Part shown: positions 49,844 through 61,150 of the stretch, piece by piece
Position numbering within the stretch: the stretch's first letter is position 1
How the letters are laid out: the number at the start of each line of letters is the position of its first letter
Made by a program: the position numbers and the translations under genes
DNA from: an uncultured Chloroflexia bacterium
GTDB taxonomy: Bacteria; Chloroflexota; Dehalococcoidia; DSTF01; JACRBR01
DNA: 64,000 bases
NCBI GenBank assembly: GCA_963743185.1
Contig: CAVUOT010000009.1
Location: forward strand, 72,421-136,420
Reading direction: 5' to 3'
The notes under the pieces: model-generated
Told to the model about the DNA's origin: nothing
Seen by the model: only the letters and a program-made list of their open reading frames with translations
Database searches by the model: none

Positions 49844-50941
49844 TTAGACCGTGTACGTCTTCTCGTCCGGTCCCTGCAGCAGCAGTGCGACGGGCGACGC
49901 GACACCGGGCTGCCAGAACGGGCCGACGAGGTTGTCGGTCGTGCCGGTGGGGACGATCCGCATGCGCTTGCCGTCGAACGCGAGGAGCTTGCCGCGTTCG
50001 CCGCAGAGCAGCGCGTACTCGCCGGACGGGTGCCAGCCGAGGCCGAGCAGCGTCACGACGTCGCCGGGCGTCGCCGCGCCGGCGCGGACGATGCGCGGGA
50101 TCGAGCGATAGCTGTAGCCCGCTCCGTCGTACGAGACGATCTTGCCGGGGAGCAGCGCGCCGTCCTCACCGTAGCGTGCGGCAAGGATCAGCGCGCGCGG
50201 AGGATCGGCGCCCGGCTGCCAGTCGATGGCGTTCGCATCGTCCTCGTCGTCGGTGGCGAGGATGCCCTGCACGAAGCGGCCGTCGCATCGATACAACGCG
50301 TACGGGCGCGGGTAGCCCGCGTGGCGGCTGGCGTACGCGCCGATCAGCGCGTAGGCGCCGTCGGGTCGCCAGGCGACGGAGCGCATCGTGTGCGCGCGGT
50401 CGCCCGGGAGCTGCTCCAGCGCGCCGGTGACGGCATCGAAGCGCAGCACGCAGCCGCCGTTGCCGACGAGCAGCGCGCACGACCCGTCCGGCGACCACGC
50501 GACGCGGCGGAGATTCTCGCCGGTGGCTGGCGGCAACTCGTCGAACGACGTGCCGTCGTAGAGCAGCACGGCGCCGCGGTTGCCGACGAGCAGCGCGCGC
50601 CCGCCGTCCGGCGACCAGGCGACGCCGCGCAGGTTGTGCGCGCTCTGCGTCTCCAACACATCGAAGCGCGCGGGCGGGTCGAATCGCAGCACCTGCCCGC
50701 GGTTGCCGGCGATGAGCGCGTGCGCGCCGTCCGGCCGCCACGCCGCCCAGCGCAGCGGCCGCGCAACGGGCGCCTCGAGCGCGCGGACAGTCGCGCCGTC
50801 GTAGACGTACGCCGTGGTCACGGGCGGTTGCCCCAGGATGTGGCACAGCCGTCCCCGGCTGTGAGTCGGCCTGCGCCGAGCGCCGCGTTGATGATGTGGA
50901 TACTCACCGGATGACTCGGTGGTCCATTCGTGGTGCGCCAT
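49844..50941 (-). CDS. PD40/WD40-like beta-propeller repeat protein
   Basis: Repeated W(R/S)PDG(A/G/S)xALL(V/I)GN(R/G)G units, at least five copies. The ATG overlaps the stop of the upstream LLM gene. Confidence 0.65.
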   Translation of the reverse strand: MAHHEWTTESSGEYPHHQRGARRRPTHSRGRLCHILGQPPVTTAYVYDGATVRALEAPVARPLRWAAWRPDGAHALIAGNRGQVLRFDPPARFDVLETQSAHNLRGVAWSPDGGRALLVGNRGAVLLYDGTSFDELPPATGENLRRVAWSPDGSCALLVGNGGCVLRFDAVTGALEQLPGDRAHTMRSVAWRPDGAYALIGAYASRHAGYPRPYALYRCDGRFVQGILATDDEDDANAIDWQPGADPPRALILAARYGEDGALLPGKIVSYDGAGYSYRSIPRIVRAGAATPGDVVTLLGLGWHPSGEYALLCGERGKLLAFDGKRMRIVPTGTTDNLVGPFWQPGVASPVALLLQGPDEKTYTV

Positions 50942-51963
50942 CACACATAGAACAGCTCCGCGATCTTCGCGATGTACCGCAGCAGCGCGCCCGGATCGAG
51001 GCCGTACACCGGCGGGCTGAGGGAAGCGGAGTCGGCGCTGCCCCAGATCAGCTCGACGCGCTTCTTCACTTCGTCGGGCGTGCCGCACACGACGAACGTC
51101 TGCGCCATCTCGTCCGTCACCAGATGTTTGACGCTCAGGTAGTCGCCGCGCTTCACGCCTTCCTGCAACTGCTTCGCCTCTTTGCGGAAGCCGTGTGCCG
51201 CGAAGTACTCCTCGTACTGCGCCACGCCGCCGTAGAACGCGACCGTCGCGCGCGCATCCTCGATGGCCTGCTTGCGGTCGTCGTTCGGCGCGACGAAAAG
51301 CCACATGTTGAACTCGATGTCGGAGCGCTGGCGGCCGCCCTTCGCGAGCCCGGCCTTCAGGTCGTCCTGCACCTTCGTCGTCGCCCAGTCGATCGACCAG
51401 ATCGGGTGGCCGATGACGCCGTCGGCGATCTCGGCGCCGAGGCGGATCAGCGGCGTACGCAGCGCGGCGATCCAGATCGGCAGGTCGGTGCGGACGGGCG
51501 CCCCGAGCGGGTTGAACTCGCCGAAGTCGAGCTTGTGGTACTTGCCGTCGTAGCGCTTCAGCTCGCCCGTGTGGCTCTTCGCGATGATCAGGCGGACGAT
51601 CTCGACGACCTCGCGCATGTGCTCGATGGGCTTGCCGTACTCCATGCCGAAGAAGCCCTCGCTCCACGACTTGACGCTGGCGCCGAGTCCGAGCGTGAAG
51701 CGGCCGCTGCTGATGCGATCCATGTCCATCGCCGCCAGCGCCGTCTCGAACGGGCTGCGCGCAAACGCCAGCGCGATGCCCGTCGCGATGCGGACGCGCT
51801 GCGTCGCGGCGGCGGCGACGGCGAGCGGGATGAACGGCGGCCCGTAGACCTGCGGCGCGAAGATGCCTTCGAGGCCCATCGCCTCCATCTGCTGCGCCTG
51901 CGCGGTGATGATCTGCGCCGGCAGCGGCGACACGACGCCCCAGTACTTGCGCTTCTCTGCCAT
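50941..51963 (-). CDS. LLM-class F420-dependent oxidoreductase
   Basis: MAEKRKYWGVVSPLPAQ...RFTLGLGASVKSWSEGFFGMEYGKPIEHMRE, 340 aa. Confidence 0.8.
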   Translation of the reverse strand: MAEKRKYWGVVSPLPAQIITAQAQQMEAMGLEGIFAPQVYGPPFIPLAVAAAATQRVRIATGIALAFARSPFETALAAMDMDRISSGRFTLGLGASVKSWSEGFFGMEYGKPIEHMREVVEIVRLIIAKSHTGELKRYDGKYHKLDFGEFNPLGAPVRTDLPIWIAALRTPLIRLGAEIADGVIGHPIWSIDWATTKVQDDLKAGLAKGGRQRSDIEFNMWLFVAPNDDRKQAIEDARATVAFYGGVAQYEEYFAAHGFRKEAKQLQEGVKRGDYLSVKHLVTDEMAQTFVVCGTPDEVKKRVELIWGSADSASLSPPVYGLDPGALLRYIAKIAELFYV

Positions 51964-52039
51964 GGCGATCAGCTCCTTTCGGGCATGCGGTCGAGGCCGC
52001 TGCCAGCGTAGGCCAGCGAAGGGCGGGCGGCAAACGACT

Positions 52040-52130
52040 CTGTCTTCTCTCCGCTCTCTGCTCATCCGCCTCTGTTCTCTGCTGTCTGCTCTCTGCTCTC
52101 TCTGCTCTCTGCTCTCTGCTCTCTGTTCTC
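52040..52130. repeat. tandem degenerate CTCTGCT/CTGTTCT heptamer tract (purine-rich ACAGAGA on the minus strand) in a divergent promoter region
   Basis: About 12 heptamer-like units. The same family occurs at 724-757, 18262-18295 and 41661-41706. Confidence 0.6.
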
Positions 52131-52215
52131 CCGGGTGATCCGGCGCGCTTGGAGATCGCCGCGCAGCTCGCCTACCCTCGCCACATCGTCACGAGGTTCG
52201 AACAGGAGGTGGATG

Positions 52216-52730
52216 ATGGACGACGCCGGGAAGGTCCCGGACGGAGAGGAGCTGGCGGCACTCCAGGAGCAGCTCGCCGACGCTCGCGCGGAGGTCGAGC
52301 GGCTGCAGCGCGAAGCCGCGAACGCCGTCGCCGAGGCGGCGTACCTGCGCGACGACGCGCGAGCGTCGCACGACGAGGCCGCGACCGCGGTGGCGGAGGC
52401 GGCGACGCTGCGGGAGCAGATCGCCGCGGCGACGGAGCGTGCGCAGGCCGCGGCGGAGCGCTACCGCGATCTCGTCGTGCGGACGGAGCCGGCGCTGCCC
52501 GCCGACCTGATCGCCGGCGGCGACGTCGATGCGATCGACGCCTCGGTGACGGCGGCGCGCGAGATCGTCGGGCGCGTGCGCTCGCACATCGAGACGCAGG
52601 CGCAGGCCGGACGCGTGCCCGCCGGCGCCCCGCCGCGTTCCGCGCCCGACCTCAGCGCGCTGACGCCCGAGCAGAAGATCCGCCACGGCCTCGCGCAGCG
52701 GCAGCTGACGGCACGAACAGGCCGCTGTAG
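52216..52730 (+). CDS. coiled-coil Ala/Glu/Arg-rich protein, phage scaffolding-like (3' end uncertain)
   Basis: GGAGGtggATGATG then MDDAGKVPDGEELAALQEQLADARAEVERLQREAANAVAEAAYLRDDARASHDEAATAVAEAATLREQIAAATERAQAAAERYRDLVV.... No stop in frame before the capsid gene. A stop in an adjacent frame at 52728-52730 precedes a GGGGCACGC/GCGTGCCCT hairpin. Confidence 0.5.
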
Positions 52731-52745
52731 GGGCACGCGGCGGCG

Positions 52746-52792
52746 TGCCCTCGCGGCCTCGGTCCAGGTTCTAGGTTCCAGGTTCCAGGTTC
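52746..52792 (+). repeat. tandem AGGTTCY heptamer array (6-7 units) immediately upstream of the capsid gene ribosome-binding site
   Basis: cCAGGTTCTAGGTTCCAGGTTCCAGGTTCTAGGTTCTAGTTCTT, then caccaaccacAAGGAGaccaacacATG. Confidence 0.7.
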
Positions 52793-52831
52793 TAGGTTCT
52801 AGTTCTTCACCAACCACAAGGAGACCAACAC

Positions 52832-53719
52832 ATGGCAATGACACTTGCGGAAGCCGCGAAGCTCTCGAACGACATCGTACTCCAGGGCGTGATCGAGACG
52901 ATCGTGCTCGATTCGCCGATCCTGCAGGCGCTGCCGTTCATCGAGATCACCGGCAACGGGCTCACGTACAATCGCGAGAACACGAACCCCGCTGCGGCGT
53001 TCTTCAGCGTCGGCGACACGTGGGCGGAAGGCACGCCGACCTTCTCGCAGATCACGGCGACACTCTCGATCGTCGGCGGCGACGCCGACATCGACAACTT
53101 CCTGCTGACGACGCGCAGCAACATGCAGGACCTGCAGGCGGCGGTCATCCGGCTGAAGGCGAAGGCCGTCCAGCAGAAGTTCGAAGACACCTTCGTCAAC
53201 GGCGACACCACCGTCGATGCCAAGTCGTTCGACGGCATCGACAAGCTGACGACGGGCGGGCAGGTCGCGTCGATGGGCGTGAACGGCGCCACCCTGACGC
53301 TCGCGAAGCTCGACGAGGTGATCGACCTGGTGAAGGGCGGGCCGCCGTCGATGCTGCTGATGAGCAAGCGCACGCGCCGATCGCTGAGCAACCTCGCCCG
53401 CACCACGGGCAGCATGCTGCAGATCGACCGCAACGAGTTCGGCCAGATGGTGCAGTTCTACGACGGCGTGCCGGTCGGCGCCTCGGATTACATCTCCGAC
53501 ACGAAGACCGTCGGCACCAGCGCCGACTGCTCGACCGTGTACGCCATGCAGTTCGGCGAGGGCGCGCTGGCGGGCCTGACCGCACCGGGCGCCCTGCAGG
53601 TCGAGACCATCGGCAGCCTGGAGACGAAGGACGCGACGCGGACGCGCGTGAAGTGGTACGTGAGCACGGCGCTGTTCAACACCATCAAGGTGGCGAAGCT
53701 GACAGGCGTACGGCCGTAG
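52832..53719 (+). CDS. HK97-fold major capsid protein-like / encapsulin-like shell protein
   Basis: 295-aa ORF (MAMTLAEAAKLSNDIVLQGVIETIVLDSPILQALPFIEITGNGLTYNRENT...STVYAMQFGEGALAGL...VKWYVSTALFNTIKVA). N- and C-terminal patterns are typical of delta-domain-less HK97-family capsid proteins. AAGGAG ribosome-binding site. Confidence 0.6.
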   Translation: MAMTLAEAAKLSNDIVLQGVIETIVLDSPILQALPFIEITGNGLTYNRENTNPAAAFFSVGDTWAEGTPTFSQITATLSIVGGDADIDNFLLTTRSNMQDLQAAVIRLKAKAVQQKFEDTFVNGDTTVDAKSFDGIDKLTTGGQVASMGVNGATLTLAKLDEVIDLVKGGPPSMLLMSKRTRRSLSNLARTTGSMLQIDRNEFGQMVQFYDGVPVGASDYISDTKTVGTSADCSTVYAMQFGEGALAGLTAPGALQVETIGSLETKDATRTRVKWYVSTALFNTIKVAKLTGVRP

Positions 53720-53727
53720 CCGCTGTG

Positions 53728-53790
53728 GCGCGATACCGTAGCGCGATACCGTAACGCGATACCGTAGCGCGGGCTTTTCAGCCCGCGCGG
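53728..53790 (+). repeat. three tandem 13-nt repeats (GCGCGATACCGTA) plus GCGCGGGC-ttttca-GCCCGCGC hairpin (terminator after the capsid gene)
   Basis: Direct repeats at 53728, 53741 and 53754, then the palindrome at 53767-53790. The same palindrome family recurs at 54799-54825 and 54940-54965. Confidence 0.65.
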
Positions 53791-53914
53791 ACGCCGCTCA
53801 GTGAGCAAGCCCGAGCGCCGCCCCGATTTCGATCGGAGCGGCGCTCCGCTATGCCGGCCGCTGGTGTAGGATCGTGGCACTGCAGGACTGCGAAACGAAA
53901 CGCGGGAGGCCAGC

Positions 53915-54793
53915 ATGACGACGGACAGTGCGAGACCGGTGCAATCGGTGGTGATCACGGGCGCATCGACGGGGATCGGCGAGGCGTGCGCGCTGCACCT
54001 CGACCAGCTCGGCTGGCGCGTCTTCGCCGGCGTGCGCAAGGACGCGGACGGCGAGGCGCTGCAGCGGAAGGCGTCGGCGCGGCTGATGCCGGTGCGCATC
54101 GACGTCACGGACGCGGCGTCGATCGCGGCCGCACGCGACGTCGTGGCGCGCGAGGTAGGCGAGCGCGGGCTCGACGGGCTCGTGAACAACGCCGGGGTCG
54201 CCGTCGCAGCGCCGCTCGAGTTTCTGCCCCTCGACGACTTGCGCCGCCAGCTCGAGGTCAACGTCGTCGGCCCCGTCGCGATGACCCAGGCCTTCTTGCC
54301 GCTCATACGGACGGCGCGCGGACGCATCGTGAACATCGGCTCCGACAGCGGCAAGCTCTCGACGCCGCTCACCGGCGCGTACTGCGCGTCGAAGTTCGCC
54401 ATCGAAGCGATCACCGACGCGCTCCGCATCGAGCTCGCGCCCTGGGGCATCGAGGTCGTCGTCATCGAGCCGGGCAACATCGCCACGCCGATCTGGAACA
54501 AGTCGACCGCGGACGCCGACCGCATCGAAGCCGCCATGCCGCCCGAGTATCAGAAGCTGTACGGCCCGCAGGCCGCCGCCGTGCGTGCGTTCGTCGCGGA
54601 CTTCGGTACGCGCGGCAGCCAGCCGATCGCAGTCGCGAAGGCGGCCGCCCACGCCTTGCGCGCGAAGCGTCCGCACACGCGCTACCTCGTCGGCTTCGAC
54701 GCTCGCATCACCACGACGATCGCGAAGGTGGTGCCGGACCGCCTCCGCGACGGCCTGATCCGCCGCCAGCTCAAGCTCCCGAAGAAGGCGTGA
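53915..54793 (+). CDS. SDR-family oxidoreductase
   Basis: VVITGASTGIG (TGxxxGxG), NNAG, and the catalytic YCASK. Confidence 0.85.
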   Translation: MTTDSARPVQSVVITGASTGIGEACALHLDQLGWRVFAGVRKDADGEALQRKASARLMPVRIDVTDAASIAAARDVVAREVGERGLDGLVNNAGVAVAAPLEFLPLDDLRRQLEVNVVGPVAMTQAFLPLIRTARGRIVNIGSDSGKLSTPLTGAYCASKFAIEAITDALRIELAPWGIEVVVIEPGNIATPIWNKSTADADRIEAAMPPEYQKLYGPQAAAVRAFVADFGTRGSQPIAVAKAAAHALRAKRPHTRYLVGFDARITTTIAKVVPDRLRDGLIRRQLKLPKKA

Positions 54794-54990
54794 GGTGTCG
54801 TGGCGCGGGCTTTCAGCCCGCGTCCCCCGTGTGCCGTCAACGGGCGGCGGCGCCTGCCTCAGGTCGCCGACCGAATCCGCTGCACCGAAGCGGGACGCCT
54901 ATCCCTGAGTATCTGGAGTGGCCACCGTCCGGCTGTGATCCCACGTGGCGCGGGCTGCAGCCCGCGTCGAGGGACGATGCCCGCGCGCCG

Positions 54991-56043
54991 CTACGCCTTC
55001 TCCGCCGACACCGCCTTCACAATATCGACGGCCCGCCCCAGCGTTTCGAGGCGCTCTGCGAGCGTGCGGCCGTCGGGGTGAATGCGCAGCGTCGTGACGC
55101 CGGCCTTGCGATAGGCGCGGATGCGGTCGCGGACCATCGCTTCCGTGCCGAGCATGTTCACGGCCAGCACCATCTCGTCAGGCACGAGATCGGCGGCCTC
55201 TCGCCGCTTGCCTTCGAGCCAGAGGCGCTGCACGGCGATGCCCTCCTCCTCGTAACCGGCGCGGCGGAACGCGGCGTTGTAGAAGTTGTGCTCCTTCGAC
55301 CCCATGGCGCCCAGCGTGAAAGCGATGCCGGTACGGTTGCGCGCGACGAGCTTGTCGACGTCGTCCGAGAACGCGACCGTGCCGCCGGCCTGCAGGTCGA
55401 CGTCGGCCAGCGTGCGGCCGGCCTTCTCGGCGCCGGCGCGGATGTGCTTGAAGAAGACCTCCTCCGCCTGCTCCGGGATGAACGACGTGCCGAGCCAGCC
55501 GTTCGCCAGCTCGCCGGTCAGCTCGAGGCTCTTCGGGCTCAGCGTCGCCAGGTAGACGGGGATGTTCCGTTGCGGCTGCGCGCCGGACTTCAGCGCCTTG
55601 CCTTCGCCGCCCGGCAGCGGCAGGTGGTAGATCTCGCCCTCGTACACGAGCCGCTCGCCGCTGGAGACGATGCGGACGATCTCGATCAGCTCGCGGATGC
55701 GCTGGATCGGCTTGCGGAACGGCACGCCGTGCCAGCCCTCGACCACCTGCGGCCCGCTGGCGCCGAGGCCGAGCACGAAGCGGCCGTGCGACATCGACGC
55801 GAGCGTCATCGCCGTCATCGCGAGGTTGGCGGGCGTGCGCGCCACAGCCTGCATGATGCCCGCGCCCAGCTTGATGCGCGACGTCTTCGCGGCGAGGTAC
55901 GCCAGCGGCGTCGCCGCGTCGTGCCCCCACGACTCCGCCGACCACGCGAACTCGACGCCGAGCCGCTCCGCCTCGATGGCAAACGTCGAAAGCTCGTCCC
56001 AGTCCTCGTTGCCGGTCATGCCGAAGCCGATGGCGGTCTTCAT
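54991..56043 (-). CDS. LLM-class F420-dependent oxidoreductase
   Basis: 350-aa ORF with the luciferase-like TIM barrel (RFVLGLGASGPQVVEGWHGVPFRKPIQRIRE). Confidence 0.8.
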   Translation of the reverse strand: MKTAIGFGMTGNEDWDELSTFAIEAERLGVEFAWSAESWGHDAATPLAYLAAKTSRIKLGAGIMQAVARTPANLAMTAMTLASMSHGRFVLGLGASGPQVVEGWHGVPFRKPIQRIRELIEIVRIVSSGERLVYEGEIYHLPLPGGEGKALKSGAQPQRNIPVYLATLSPKSLELTGELANGWLGTSFIPEQAEEVFFKHIRAGAEKAGRTLADVDLQAGGTVAFSDDVDKLVARNRTGIAFTLGAMGSKEHNFYNAAFRRAGYEEEGIAVQRLWLEGKRREAADLVPDEMVLAVNMLGTEAMVRDRIRAYRKAGVTTLRIHPDGRTLAERLETLGRAVDIVKAVSAEKA

Positions 56044-56142
56044 CGCAGGTCTCCCTCGTTGGTCGTCAGTCGGTCAGTGCCACTCGTTCGGTGATTTAAG
56101 CACGTTGCACATGAAGACGCACGATGACGCTGCGAGAGAGAC

Positions 56143-56360
56143 GCGATGCACGGAGCGCAGGCGCCCTCGCCTGCCTATCGAGCGCAGCTCGATCAGCGGA
56201 CCGATGCTCGCCCCCAATCAGGCATGCCGGAGCGCAGGCGCCCTCGCCTGCCCATCGAGCGCAGCTCGATCAGCGGACCGATGCTCGCCCGCAACCGGCA
56301 TGGCGGAGCGCAGGCGCCCTCGCCTGCCATCGAGCGCAGCGCGATCAGCGAGCGTCCGCA
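56143..56360. repeat. REP array: three tandem units of about 76 bp, each with the GGAGCGCAGGCGCCCTCGCCTGCC palindrome plus an ATCGAGCGCAGCTCGAT palindrome
   Basis: Units begin near 56153, 56230 and 56306. The array lies immediately 5' of the RAYT gene. Confidence 0.75.
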
Positions 56361-56421
56361 CCTGCGTACGCTTCTGCTACCATCGAACCTCAGGAAGCAT
56401 CTTCAATCCGGAGTTGCTCGC

Positions 56422-56931
56422 GTGAGCGAACGTCAGCCACCCGCCGCCAAGCCGGCGAAGGCATCGTACAAGCGCCGCCTCCCGCATCTCCAACGTCCTA
56501 GCACGACGATCTTCATCACGTTCGCGACATGGAACAGATGGACGCTGCCCGACCGCGCACGGGAGCTTGTAGTCGAGCACCTCACCCGCGACCATCGCGT
56601 GCGCTATCACCTCCACGCCGCCGTCGTGATGCCGGATCATGTGCACGCACTGCTGACACCGAATCGGGACGCGAACGGCGACACGTTTGGGCTCGCGGAG
56701 ATTGTGCAGTCTGTCAAGAGCACGTCCGCTCACTCCGTCAATCGCGCGCTTGGCCGCACGGGCCGCGTCTGGCAGCCGGAGTACGTGGATCGCCTCCTGC
56801 GCTCGGACGAGAGTGTCCTTCAGAAGGGTGAGTACATCTGCGCCAACCCAGTGCGCGCGGGGCTGGTCGCACGTGACGACGATTGGCCTTGGCTGTGGCG
56901 TGAGTGGATCGAAGGTGACTGCGCGCGATAA
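56422..56931 (+). mobile_element. REP-associated tyrosine transposase (RAYT, IS200/IS605 TnpA-like Y1 HuH enzyme)
   Basis: 169 aa from GTG. HuH motif MPDHVHALL; catalytic Tyr region GRVWQPEYVDRLL. Adjacent to the REP array. Confidence 0.7.
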
Positions 56932-57226
56932 CCCACGCTATCGTGTCCCCACGTCAGAGCCGGCGGGGCGCCGGCGCTCGCTGACTTCGCACGCTGCTCG
57001 CAGAGTGACATGCGCCGCTTGGAGTTTCGCGCCCCGAGCGCCTACGCTCGCCGTATGGCCTGCATCATCTTCCAGCTCCGGGCCCACTCGCCGCGCGCAT
57101 GTCGCAGCCGCCCTTGCGCCGTCCAGGCTCGGTCGAAGTTGACGGATTACATGGTTGACCGGTTATTATTCGCGAATCTTTTTCTGAACTCGATCAAACA
57201 AACCGAATCAATCAAACGACCCCGGC

Positions 57227-59986
<2,760 letters not shown>

Positions 59987-60220
59987 GTGCTCCTTCGACG
60001 CCCGACGGGTCGCACGGAGGCGGCAGCGGACGCTCATCGACCTGCACCATTGTAGGGCGATACGACCTTATGCGGCGGCGACGCCACGGCGCCGCAAACC
60101 TTCGCCCGGCGGCCGGTGACGTCGGCGATTTTGGGGGGTTGAAAAGCTGCGCGGCTTGGCGCATGATGGGTGATAGGTGAAAGCAATAACACGTTAGGTA
60201 ATTCACGCAATAGGTTTCAC

Positions 60221-60943
60221 ATGACGAACTCAACGGCTCAACCCGCCCACAAGGAAGCCGGTGGTGCCGGGCACCCCGCCTGGAGCTTCTTGACGAACTA
60301 CGCAGTCGTGCTCGCTTACATTGCGCTGCACCCGGCCTCGACGGTCCGGATCATCGCCAGCGACGCGGGGATCACCGAGCGCGCCGCACTGTCGATCCTG
60401 CGAGATCTCGATGCAGAGGGCATCGTGCGACGGACGAGGAGCGGGCGGCGCAATACGTACTCGGTCGACTTCGGCCATTTGGGAGGGCTTCGGCGCGGCG
60501 GCACATCGACCCCGCTGACGCCGCGACCGTTCGTCGATGTCGTCATCAAGTTCTTGTTCGAGATCGCGGCCGAGCGTGTGTCAGAGGCGGGGCACGAGCC
60601 GCCGCGCATCGTGAAGGATGAGGATAGCGCTGCGCGCGCCGGATCGTGGGGCTTCTTCACGAACCACCTGCTGATCGTGCTCGCGATCGCGCGCGACGGG
60701 TCGCAGACGGTCCGCGATCTGGCGTCCGCCGCGGAGATCACCGAACGAGCGGCCGTCGCGATCCTGAGCCAGATGCGGGCGGAGCACATCATCGAAGCGC
60801 GCCGCGAAGGGCGCCGCAACAGCTACACGATCGATTTCGACGCGTTCCGGCGGTTCCGCGGGTGGACCTTCGACTCGTGGGAGATCCCGCCGCGCCTGAT
60901 CGACGAGGCGACGAAGGGAATCCGGGCGCTCGCGCAGCGGTAG
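60221..60943 (+). CDS. transcriptional regulator with two tandem winged-helix DNA-binding domains
   Basis: Two homologous segments (SFLTNYAVVLAYIALHPASTVRIIASDAGITERAALSILRDLDAEGIVRRTRSGRRNTYSVDF and GFFTNHLLIVLAIARDGSQTVRDLASAAEITERAAVAILSQMRAEHIIEARREGRRNSYTIDF). Divergent from acnA; the AT-rich upstream region carries three TAGGT direct repeats. Confidence 0.6.
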   Translation: MTNSTAQPAHKEAGGAGHPAWSFLTNYAVVLAYIALHPASTVRIIASDAGITERAALSILRDLDAEGIVRRTRSGRRNTYSVDFGHLGGLRRGGTSTPLTPRPFVDVVIKFLFEIAAERVSEAGHEPPRIVKDEDSAARAGSWGFFTNHLLIVLAIARDGSQTVRDLASAAEITERAAVAILSQMRAEHIIEARREGRRNSYTIDFDAFRRFRGWTFDSWEIPPRLIDEATKGIRALAQR

Positions 60944-61150
60944 GCATCACCGGCCGTTTTCGGCCACCACCACTCTTTGTAGCGCCGCAGCCGGGCAGGG
61001 CGAGCCCTGCCCCTACTCGGCATGGCGCCCCCGCACGCAAGCGCCGCTAAGCCAGAGGACAACGGGCCAACAGGCTGCGCGCCTACATCCGTTCGGATAA
61101 GCTGATCCTCAACGACCCCACTCAATGTGTACACAGAGAGATCCGTGCAT

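Noticed and set aside
52216-53719. Prophage interpretation of the capsid and scaffold pair
   Set aside because: There is no integrase, terminase, portal, protease, tail or lysis gene, and no att-like flanks within the 12 kb upstream or 10 kb downstream. It is kept as a candidate encapsulin-like or domesticated module.
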